Source: Balanoglossus misakiensis (lineage: Eukaryota; Animalia; Hemichordata). Taken from it: 64,000 bases of DNA. The DNA is taken from contig CM082576.2 in assembly GCA_040954595.2 (NCBI GenBank), positions 1,648,760 to 1,712,759 on the forward strand. The letters run 5' to 3'. Numbering within the stretch: the first letter of the stretch is position 1; each line of letters begins with the position of its first letter. Below are positions 51,901-64,000 of the stretch, piece by piece. The notes beneath the pieces were generated by a model that saw nothing but the letters and a program-made list of their open reading frames with translations, was not told where the DNA came from and did no database searches. Both the position numbers and the translations under genes were made by a program.

Positions 51901-54900
51901 GTTCTTTGATGAAATCAAAGAATCTTAAACTACATGTACCGGTAGTGGATTATGTTGACTTAGATGGCTCATGTATTCCAGTACTGCAAAATATTCAAAC
52001 CCTGCAATAGGGGTCATGTGCTGTGTCAATTACAACTCCTGTTGCTAGGCAACATTAAAGCAAGGCAACATGAGAGGCCAGCAAGTGAGAAAATGGTGGC
52101 CTTTGCATTCAGGTTCAAGTGCCACTGTAAGCTTCCTATCTGTACAACTGTCAATCAAATAATTATAAATATATTGTCACGTTTTGTAAAATGGTCTAGG
52201 ATATTATTTTCACAAATCAAGTTGACCTACAGTCACACTTACATTTGCAGTGCAGAAGTAGGGACTGTAAATATAGTATCTAAAGTCTGGGACCAGTCAT
52301 TTTCTGTTGCAAAAATAGACTACTTCAGATGCTGTGAAACCACTTCTTCTGAGAAAGAAATTGACAAAGGAGTCACTTGACAATTTGTTTGAGATATCCA
52401 AGGAGTGTTAACTACTTTGTGTTGATCATGTGTGTACATTTTAGAAATGGTGTTAAAATAAAGATAAAATGGGTCTAAGTCTGTATAACACTAATAGTGA
52501 GCAATTGTGTTGCTTCTGTTTACAAGTGAATGTTACATATGGAAGAGTGGAGAAATATTAATCCACTGACCAGAGGAGAATGTTAGGTATTCTGTCCACA
52601 GAAAACACTGAATTGTTCCCTATTTAAAGAGATGCAGGCGACATACTGGCACCATAACACGCACCCATCCTGTGGGTTCTCATACTTGGATGTTTTCAGT
52701 CTTCTGTGTACTTTCATATAAATAGAAGTAAAATATATATTACTGCAGGTCTGTGTTCAGGTCTGAAAGTTTGTGGGTTTTTTAATCAATACTTCCCAAT
52801 TGTCAGATCAGTTAACTGATAACACTTGAAGAGCTATTTATAGCTTCAAACCAACTTTGTTTCCTTTTTCTGTTTCCCCTCAGGTTAAACCAGCATGCAA
52901 CACAACTGACCTTTACCCAAGGCTTGTATGGCTGGGAAACAAACAAGTAACTTGATGAGCTAATTTACAAAAACTTTAATGTTCTGTAGCCATATTTTTT
53001 TACCCCTTGAGCCGCTGTGTTGTTCACTCTTGATTGTTCACATACCCACAGAAACAGCCAAAGCATTGTTAATACACTTTTTCGTAGCCCCTCACTATAC
53101 ATGCTGTTCTATTACAGTGGAGTGCAAATTTAACAGCCATATACGACAAGTCAATATGGAAAAATCAATACAAAAACTGTAAACCAGTGTTTTCAATTGC
53201 CAGCTTCGTTGATTTAATATTTTGCAGGGTTTTATGAAGTTTTAGGCTCAGCTCTCAAACAATAAAATCTTATAATAAATTTTCTTTGTATTCAAACCAA
53301 TTTTCAATGCTGTATAGATTGATCTACATGAAAATGTGGACATGTGAAGCTGTCTGTGATTTATAGCACTGAGGTAGATCTCTTGCTAAACACGTCCAAC
53401 AGAAGTCCACAAACATTAATCATTGGCTCAGTTTGACAGCTGAAATGCTATTTTCGACGACAGAAAACCCCTTTTTTTTTGGTGGCAGCATGAGACAAAA
53501 CTTTGCACTCGTCATCCAGGGTAGTGGCCTGAAGGATAAATGATTACATGAAGTTACTTTTGTGTCATATTTGCAACAGTGATAACACTCACTGACCTTT
53601 GAGGTGACACTGAAAGATTAAATGCAGAGTTGGTTATTATTTCTGGCAAGACTTGAAATGTGAACCATTGCAAAATCTTATAGTTCCATTTTTCCCCTAT
53701 GGATCAGCTCCTTGTAAAAAAAATATAAGTCCATAGAAAGATATTGTTTTTCAATGTATATTTCTCACACCTCTTTTAAATAGATAGTATTATGCCAATA
53801 TGTTTAAGCAAACAAGGAATGTAATATGATCAATTAAAATTTCTTCAGCTAAAGTGCAAAAAATTGCACTTTTGAAATATTCACTTCCTCTCTCATAACT
53901 ATTAACGTCCATTAGACTCTTGTATTCATAAAACTGTCGTCACAGAAATTGAAGGGACTCTTTTCAGTATGGAGAAGGCTTGTCTCATCCTTAGTAACCA
54001 CATCTCATCTGAAATTAGTTACCATGTACTTTCGAATACTTCAGTTTCAATATGCCTGAACAGATTCTTTCAACAGATCTCATAACTCAAGCATTTTCTG
54101 TGATAATTTTAACCTATGCTTAATTCTTCTGCAACTCTGGACAGAACTCTTAGGTGACTGGTATTTAGTTGTAGCAGTGTCAATTAACCAGTATCGGTTG
54201 TAGAAACTAATATATATTGTTTTTGATAAAAATAACTGTAGGCATATATATACTGCCATGAATCTTTGAAGCCAGGTGGTTTTGACGCATTTGTTAATGT
54301 TATTCTTAACAGTAACTCTGATGTTCTGCTTCCCTTGTGGTGATAAATGTATATCAAAGACACACCATACATTTGCATCTTTCTCTCATATGAAAGTGAC
54401 TGATTTCATTTTTCAACTTTTAAAGAAGGGCAAGAGAAAGTATATGAGCTTGTGTTTTTGACACCAGGATTTAATGCTTTAGTGGATTTTGTGTTTCTGC
54501 AAAAGCAAGGGTTGTTTATTAACTAGGTGGCTTGCAAAGCGAACAGCCACTTTTTATCAGATACAGTAATGAATCATTCCAACATCAATCTGATTCACCA
54601 TTTTACATTTACATGGTTCGCCCCGGTACCATCTTTTGAAAGTGGGTTTGTCCCAAATGGTATTAAATATTCTGTATCAGAATTCACTATGTCGGTATAC
54701 TCTAAGCTAGAATACACAAAGCATCTCTATAAAGTGAATTTACTTGGATTTTCAAATTATCTTTCCCCGCATTTAGAAAAGGACTAAATCACAGTGATAA
54801 AAAGACATTCTGCTTTTTTATGTCACCATCACCCTCATGGAAAACTTACAGCTGTGATATACACTCAATAAAATTGACTTCAATTTCATTGGCTGTTAAT

Positions 54901-57900
54901 AACAGCAGAGATGTGGGACAAATCACTATGTCTCCTTCCAACCCTGATAACAAAAACCATCCTCAGTGAAAAGAAGCCATTTTTAGGTGTTGTAAACAAC
55001 CAATATAAAAACAGACATTTTAATCCACATAGGAAAAACATGTCCCAAATATTAAATTAACATTGTTTCAAGAGAAATTCATACAAATACACTTAGACCA
55101 TCAAGCTAGAAGATTTTTTTTATTATGGTGATCTAGCCACATAGTAAAAATTACATGTATTTCCTTGTTTCAGGAATACCATATTAGGCTCAATAAATGC
55201 AAAGTGCTTTTCTGGGTAATTGGCCTGGTTTGATTTGCAGCATAGAATTTTACCTTTATGACTGATTGAGGTTTTCTAAAGTGCATCAAGGTCACAGTCT
55301 GACCTACAATATGGGTGAAGTACTCAGTTTGTACAATGAAAATGCAATATGCCTTCAACGTGCCCTGACAGTATTTGCACATATGTGCTTTCTCATAAAA
55401 AACACGTCTAGTAGAGCAACTACACTGACCAGCTTTCTCTTGCTTTCTAAACTGTCATTAATTAGAAGGATTACTGCTTGAAGACATTTAGTGTCATCTT
55501 TTTAATTTTTATTGAAAGGATCGCTAGTTCCTTTTCTTTTGTATGAGAGCAATCATGTGTACTTAAATCACATGAAACGTCCCTTAAAAATGCATTTTAA
55601 GGAGATTTTTGAGTCCTTGTTTTCATTCACAAACCACCTGGTCCTCTCACTTAGCAGTTCAACATGGCCTTATTGTATTTCATTGTCATTTTCTGGTTGT
55701 TTTGTGGATCTGGCGTAATTTGCTTGCCGTAATTTGTTTACCTGTAAGAATATCCAAAAAAACTAGGGTGACATGAACATTGAAAGCTACTTGACGTGAC
55801 AATCTACAGTCACACACGACAGCAATCAGCGCTGGTGATTATGTAACATGTAGTTTGTTCTAGGAATAGAATGTTCACAGAATTATGGCGGTAGTTTGAC
55901 AGATGGAAGCAGTGTTGGGCTGCTTTTATATACTGACTGCATAAGCTATCAAATGGACTGTTTGGTACCTAGCCAAAAAAAAACATCTTTCAACGAGTAT
56001 CATCAATACTTAATATTGGTTATGTGGCTTGAAATTTCAGCCCTTGATAGTATCAAAGTAACAAATTACTCAGGTCAATCTGGCTCACCATATAACAACT
56101 ATATCAACAGACTCAAATAAATGTTAATTCACAGTATAAACACAGCTATTGAGATGCCATGACTGCATCAAGTAATGAAATTGAAATAATTAAATCATTT
56201 CTATGACACAATTTAAAATACAAATGCTCGATCTCATTGGAGCAGGAGTATATCAAACAAGCTCTAAAGTTTAATGTTGTTGCCAATTTCAGATACAAAA
56301 TTCAACAGATAACATATCAAGTCCAATTAAACAGAACATCAACATTACTGCTTCTCTATTTACACACTTGTTTCTAAAATGATCTTACATTAAAGTTCTT
56401 AACAGTGGTCATTACATCTGGACCTTATGGGCTCAAATTAAAGAAAGACAAGTCTGGAAAAGGTAAAAGAACTAGACATGTCCGGGAGACAGTAAAGGAA
56501 AAAAAAATAACCAAAACAATGACAAAAGTGAGCAACTTTGTCCTTTGAAGAACCAATTTCCACATTTTGTCAGAATTTCTCAATTGTGTTTAAAATAAAT
56601 GAATTAGTACTATTTACATGTCATTAAAAGTATTCCACATAAAGCAGTTCCACTAATTTATGTTTAGATGAGCATCAAGCACCCGATTGTTTGATGGTCC
56701 AAAATCTGACAAAAAAAGTGCTGCATTGCCATCAAATCAGTGCATCCAACACTTGCAACAGCAGAAAACATGATTGGCATATTGGCATACAGTCCTGAGA
56801 TGAAAGGATCATGAATGTATGAGCTGATGAATCTAACATTTCATATATCTGCTATCAGAAATGATTGATTTGATGGTTAAGATGGTTACATGATGAATCA
56901 TGCCTGGGTTTTATCTGCAGAGCAGGTGGCATTTTTGCCATCCCTCTCATGATTGATCACTGTAAAGATGTCCATTCCAGGAGCAAAATTGTTTCAAGCT
57001 CAAGGCATGCTGATATTTTTTCTTTCATTTTCAGGCCATGAAATGCACGAGCATGGCCGGGTATTAACAATATCACAAGGATAAACCTCACCCTATCCTG
57101 TCTACACACACCATAGTCAAGTACGTATTCATCTGATTAGTGTCTGAAACATCTGCAACACCTCCCACTAAACTATATGTACAGAGGGGCAGCATTGCAA
57201 TTCCATCATGACACCACAGGAAGACACTACAATGCAAATTTTTCCGTGCTCTGCAGTTTTCTTGTTATATGACATGCTACAAAATCAATCCAAACTCTCA
57301 AGTGTTAAAAAGTCAATATTTCCATCAACATAATTATGAGTTTCAGTATTTTAATTGTACCGACATAGAGTAATAGAATCCCATGTGTACCAACATTAAA
57401 TCGAGGGCCAGTACATGCATCAGTATTATGGGATGTGATGTCAAGCTGTATGTATGGCATTTCAACAGGCATTAAGGTGCTGAACGAGAAATTTGGAGAA
57501 ATTAGTTTTCCTGACTGCTCATCTTCATCTAAATCATTATACGGAATAACATTAACATGGGCATTAAACTACTCTGATTGCTTTCTATAATCAAAATGAG
57601 TTTCCAGGGACAACCTTCCAGTGATGAATCGCTATCAAGTAATTTCTGCAAATGTAATTAATAATCTCGCAATATCAGATGTATTTTACAACATATACCA
57701 AGAATACATACACTCCTCTTAAAAATTCAGTCAAAAAGACATTAACTACACAGTATCATGCAACATAGTGTCCATTCAAATATGTCACATATGATAAACT
57801 TCATTAATAATTCTCATCAGATCCTGTTGGCAATTATGTCAGTCAACACAGCCTCAACTGCCAATGTATATAATGAAGTCATAGAATGCATAAGTATGTT

Positions 57901-60900
57901 TGTGTTTTCAAATTTCAAACCAGCAAGACAGCTGGTGCTAGCATTTTGGTACATGTAACATGTTTGTTAGATGGTGTAACTGCCCCATCCTGTCCAGATA
58001 GTCAACAACTCAACAGAAATAGTTTGGCTAATGAGGAAATGCTATCAGTCACAAGTCCATCTACCACAAGTCTCGATCAGCACATCCTGAAGACTTGAAG
58101 ATTTGTTCTGCAACATATTGCTGGGGTTGCGTGTATCATATATATCGGTACTGTAGCCTATATCCTTCACTGCAAAAAGCAATTTCGAAATTGTTGTAAC
58201 TTCTTTCTTTTTAGCTATCAAACTATTAGCAACAAAATGTTGTATCTTTTAATGGTGTCTGATGCATAAACTGTTTACATTTCTACCAAAATGATGTCAT
58301 AACTGAAGATAAATTGTGGCTCCTTCAGTAGAAATTGGTAGATCAAACATGGAACTAATGAAGTACTAGAAAGCCAATTACCACTTCCATCTAAAGTCTC
58401 ACTATTCTAAATCACATAACACACACAAGAAACACACATCTTTGAAAACTGCGTTGTAGGTGTGCAGTATTGCATCATCACAAGTGATTAAAATGAAAGG
58501 TTGCATAGGTTAAGTGAAGAAGTCATTTTGAATTGCCCTGGATACAGCTTGTGATTGTACACTGAAATCAGAAATTGCCTTGCAGTTGTCTTTTGAAGAA
58601 AGGCATTACTCTACTAAAGTGGATAAAATTGACTAAAATGTAACAAGTTTAGTAATTGCAAGCTGTGTTAAGTGTGTTGATGTGAAAGTAAATGTATGTA
58701 TTCATAATAGATCTACATGGAATTGAAAGTCTGGGAGCTGAAGAATAGGCTATTTCTGACGGGTTGTAGAGGCTCATTTTACATGTCATTAACTATTCAT
58801 TGAATTTGGGCAAATAATATACATATATTTGTTCCTGTTTGCTTATATCACAAGGAAACCAAGGAAATAGGTTTCGTTGGTTACAGACAATTGTCTGTTA
58901 CATAAATCAGTTTAATATGGTTCAATACAACATTCAAGTTTTAACGGACAGGTTCAATTTAGAAGTGTATAGTGTATGTGTTTCAAAGCCCTTTCATGAT
59001 AGTCATAATTAAGACATCGTGCAACATAGGAGAGAAAAAAATGCACATTTTACCATGATGCATGCTTATAAGCAGAAACTATCAGAAGAAAACAATGGAA
59101 TGCAACACTGCGACATGTACTCATACATTCCTAATTAACATTTAGTCTGAGTTCATCAAGAAAAACTGAGGTCATATCAAGAAATATCTCAAAATTGACG
59201 CTATTCACACAATAATCAGGTCATGAAGACACTTTAGATTTTCATGCACAGACTAAACTCCCATATAGTGTACTTCACATGCTAACAGACACTCAATAAA
59301 TGTAATGAATAACTGTATCATTCCCATACATTGCTTATATTATATTATGAAAATTAAGAACAAACATTGTGGACCAATATTGTACACTGAACAGAGTGTG
59401 CATTCATTTGCAGCCATGTCATGCAGTACATTGTTAAATATTTCCTTACAAATGGATGTGTTGTTAGTAACTTTGCACTGATTTTAAATTATTTCGCTGG
59501 CGCTAACACATTCATTGTCAATAGAACTGATAAAATCACATTCATAGCTCAGAACAGCTTGCTACATTCAAAAATACACAATTGACAGTAGATTACATGG
59601 GCTAGAACGTGCAACCTACAGTCAATTAACCATTTCTGTGGGTATACTATTCCTCATTTTACAATACTGATAGCCTACATGTATGGTTCTGAAACACATT
59701 GAAATGTGGAAACCCACCTCAATGGTTATGAAGGAAGCACAATTGTGTGACTTACCCAACATATGTCACTGTACAATCTCATTATCCTCAAAGTCAATGA
59801 AATTCGTGATAAATATGACAATTGAACAAACATGGGAATTAAGTACTGCGCAAATGCTGGTAGTATATGATGCATATACTGAATATTAATATTACTGCAT
59901 GGCTTTCATTAAAAAAATAGTTCACAGATCCACACTTATTCTGACTGTATTTGAAGCTAACCAAAAACAGCATACAATTTGTGATTGTTTTGAAATAATC
60001 ACTGGCATAAATTTACCAATTAACCTTTTCATGTATAGCACGTACACCTGTACTGGAAGCATATTTGCGGCCTTTGTCTTAATCATCAAACTCATTAGAA
60101 ATAATGTTTTAAGTACCGAATGAAGATTTATGTTTCCACTGGGACTCTATAGACATCCACTTTGCTTAACATGGGAATATTTATGTGAAATGGACATGCT
60201 TCCATTAGATAACTTGTGTTTCAGATAATAAGCACAAAACTGTTATTAAAGAAATGTTTACAAGACCTGATATCTGGAAATGTAACTATTAGTCATGCCA
60301 AGATACTTGATACTGGTAAGTACTACATGGCACTGGTGACTGTGCAGTGTTTATACTAATATGTTGTTGCCACTTTCTCTTCCAAGTATGTAATAGCCAA
60401 GCCCAAATTGAGTGTATTCCTAACTGCAATGGGATCACAGCCAGCATATTATATTTTTTTATCAGCATGTACTTGGTGGCATTTTGGCTTCTCAGTAACT
60501 TCAACAGGATAGACATGAAACTAGATCTATTATGTTTTGATGTCATGTTACTGATGGCTATGTGACTGTTAAATGCACTTTAAACATGAATAATAATCTG
60601 ATACCAAATTTTGTTATCAGACAAATCTACTAACGGATATGAATGTACATGCAGGATTCTGTTAGCATTATATAGGACAGTTAACATATTTTAGTTTGAA
60701 TTCTTGTTGCATGATAACTAGCTTTATTTCCACTCTCTGAAGCAAACTAAAATGTCTCAAGCTTGTATGTGCATGCATAACTGGCATTACAGTTGCTAAC
60801 TGATAACTCAAGTCTTCAACTGGCAGTAATAATATGAATATGGTAAAGTATGCACAAAGACAATATCAGTGTCATCCATCGTCCAACCCATAGTAGGGGG

Positions 60901-63602
60901 CAATGCATGGTGCTTATGTCTGAGTGCATACTTCACTGCATTTTCACGATAACGTTATTATACATCTGACATTCTGTCATGACTTTTCATGCAGGTCCAC
61001 AAAATTGTTCTACCGATTTCAGTATGCTATCTACCAATGAACTGAATTTGTTTACATTTTATAAAATACCTCATCAGGTACACATAGTGTCTCAACCATT
61101 AAATCCACCTTTGAGCTATTTTCTCAGTTTTTGTTTTTTGGTATCAACTGTTCTTTTTTGTTATACTCTCTGTAAAACGTAAATACAATGTAGAGTAATG
61201 GTTGTTCCATAATGGATGTGTTTCAGTGCCCACTGATTTGCAATTCAGCAGATGAGAAAATAACGAGACAGATCCCTTCCATATACTGAGGCTGGAAATT
61301 TCACCATGCTTCAAGGACACGATCAAACCATGCAGCTACAGTTGTCAGTCAACAGAACAAACATTCAGGATGTATAGAGGAAGTAATGGTGACTAGTATC
61401 ACTCATTCAGAATTTCATGCAGAATTAATTCAAATCAAGACCAATGTTTGCCAATCGCTCTGATTGTTAACTGTCGATACTGAATCTAAACCATAAATGT
61501 TTTAAGCTGCAATATAATTATGTATATTTAATAAATTCACAGTCAAGTGTAAAATTTGAAATAAGCTTAATATGGATTATTTGGTACACATCCAAACCAT
61601 TGATTACAAATGGCTGCCATTCCACAAGATTCTAACAATTGTAGGCAGTGTAGAAAACAACTTCAATGAGGAATACTGAAACATCTGCTTTGTTCTCTAC
61701 ATCATGTCTGAAACCATACAAACATTTGTCATCTACCGATTTTCTTGTTACCATAGCAATTTTAAAAGGATCGCTATAGAAAGAATTTCATGAAGCATAC
61801 TGCCTGTAGAGTTCACAGCTGTGCAAAAACTTATGTGAATGAGTCACATTTTTGGTTTCATGTTAACAGAAAAAAAGCATAAAATGGTATTGTGTAGTCT
61901 ATGCATTCACACAGTAAAATGAATATCTTAATTAAATATTGTTTATTGCTTTTTGACAATTAATACTGAACATGACTGACACCTAATCATGAAACAACAA
62001 TAATTCATGAATAATAAATTTGTGAATAATGTCATACGAGCAGCTGCCAAGACAACCACCAAGGTAACCATATATACGCCATACAATCACAAGGTCACAG
62101 TCAAATTGACTGCTGTCATTTTAGACCAGGTATTGCTGACTTGCCTCATATAGGATTAGACCTGTTTTTCATGTACAGTCATAAAAAAAGTCCAGCACAG
62201 TCAGAGATAGAAATAAATCCTCTGAAGAGATGTGTAAACAGTAACCACTTGAGGTCATTGACTTCACAGCTCTGTCAGTAAAATCTGGCACCAGCTATTC
62301 ATGGATTGCTGAATAAATCTGACACCAGATATGTTTGCACCTCACACATGCCGAAGTCATAAAAATACACACAAGACACACAGACAAATCTCACACATCC
62401 TGATGGTCTGCCTCCAGGAGAGATTTTTGTTGTGAACTGTCATGGCTGAATAAATTCAACAGTAACAATATCCCTTGCATGAACCTCAGAAATTGATTAC
62501 ACAGGCCATCATCATGGTTACAGAGAAGATCGATGTACGAATACAAACACTTCCAAGTGTAAAGTAGCAATACAAGAGAACACACAAAAATTTGAATGTC
62601 TGGTTCATATATTTGCTGATTCCACTTCAATTTGAAGTTGTTTCTGATCTGAATCTGTGCTGATGTATGCATATAAATGCAAAGCTGGAGGCAGGGTATT
62701 CCGGGGGCCTCTTTCTTCTCTATCAGATATGCTACAGGCCTTTTTTGCCTGATCCAATATGCAAAACCTATCGCTGATCTATACACTCACCAATATGACA
62801 TTCAACCCCTGAATTTTCATACAGAAAAATGTTGTGTGTAATATGTAAATGCAATTATCACACTGACAAATATTTCATTTACACTATGAACCAGTACACC
62901 ATAATTATGAATTTGTATTAGTGGTCAGATCTCTTTGAAAATCCAATAAATTATACAGCCTACATTTGATATGTTGTGAACGCCAACAGCAAACCTGAGA
63001 CATTGCCTACAGTTTCATGTCTAGGCAAAATGAGTGTAAATTGTTCAGGAAAAAAACACAAATACACGCATTAATTGGTTAACTAGGGTTCTGGAAGAGA
63101 TCAGTAAAAAGTGTCATTCAATACAAAGCTGATGAATGTGGCATTAGTACTGTAGTCTTTAATGATACTAAAATCACTCAATTTTTAATCACTGTAAAAT
63201 AATTTTTTATGAAGGTTACCATGACAATAGATAACACTTTTAATATGAATATTACACTTCACTTGAACACGTCATAAAGGAAGTTCATTCAAGACAAGCA
63301 ATTGCAAGCAAATAAATATAAAACCATGGCCGCAAAAGAATGCATAAAAATCTAATATTGATTTGAACCATCCCCATGTAGCGGATATATTCTGGTATTG
63401 ATCTGTAAACATTCATCCGATTTCAAATTTGCTGAAGAGATTGAAGATCACAGCAAAGACTTTAGAGATATACAACTGATGTGATTCGATTTGACAACTT
63501 AAGGTTTGGACTTATTCAATAAAATTGAGGGGAAATTCTGTAGATGATGACATTTACTATTCTGCATGTTTTCATGGATGTACATGATGAAACACTTGCC
63601 CA

Positions 63603-63848
63603 TTTTATTTATTTATATAATTCATCCATAGCAAAGACAGAAAGTATGTCTACTTAGGATAGGATGACCAGAACAGGTGCGAATCACCTATACAAAGTCA
63701 GTCACACAAAGCAATGAGGAGTGCTCAAGGGCACAATATCGCAGCCATGAAGTTACCATCCTCAGATAGAAAATCAACGGCCATGAAAGGGTCACAACCC
63801 TCTGATTATGAGTCCGGTACCCTGACCATTAGGGCCACAATGCTTCCT
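63603..63848 (-). mobile_element. Decayed tRNA-derived SINE
   Basis: On the minus strand: A-box-like TGGCCCTAATGG, a tRNA-Met-like anticodon loop CTCATAA (63812-63806), TTGTGCCCTTGAGCAC and a (TAAA)n tail. The B box and T arm are missing, so it is not a tRNA gene. Confidence 0.55.
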
Positions 63849-64000
63849 ATTTTGCTGTATGTAATTCAGAGACAGCAGTGACAATATCAGGCAATTGCTG
63901 AGTTTGTCATGTTTATTTACCATATAATCAATAACCTGAAGCTATTGACACAAGTGGACCATACCAGTAAATTTCAACTGTGAATGTAGCAAAATTCAGT

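Noticed and set aside
56660-61080. Hammerhead-ribozyme-like motifs (hairpin at about 56665-56710; CTGATGAG on the minus strand near 61070)
   Set aside because: The required CUGAUGA...GAAA core with three closing stems could not be assembled.
20200-64000. Short 60-140 aa ORFs in the track that do not overlap the exons listed
   Set aside because: No recognisable domains and a composition typical of random AT-rich intronic sequence. No transposase, reverse transcriptase or viral ORF was recognised.

Overview
AT-rich animal (invertebrate-like; species not determinable) genomic DNA with spliceosomal introns, not prokaryotic. Bases 1-10597 are a highly homogeneous tandem array of an 87-bp monomer (about 120 copies, running off the left edge). 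The long repetitive minus-strand 'ORFs' arise only because 87 bp = 29 stop-free codons. The array ends in four diverged monomers that keep a palindromic core, then an inverted core and a GC hairpin, about 170 bp from the start codon of a 6-exon MTHFSD gene (+). Next come an intronless BTB-BACK-Kelch gene (-), a 13-exon AP-4 mu subunit gene AP4M1 (+, head-to-head with the Kelch gene, first intron U12-type), and an R7-family RGS gene (RGS7/6-like, -) with two candidate alternative last exons. No first exon of the RGS gene was found, so 40.8-64 kb is probably one large intron carrying decayed MITE-, Helentron- and SINE-like repeats. The most unusual feature is the satellite, its structured terminus and its direct abutment to a gene promoter. 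All exon structures were read by eye; no database searches were run.
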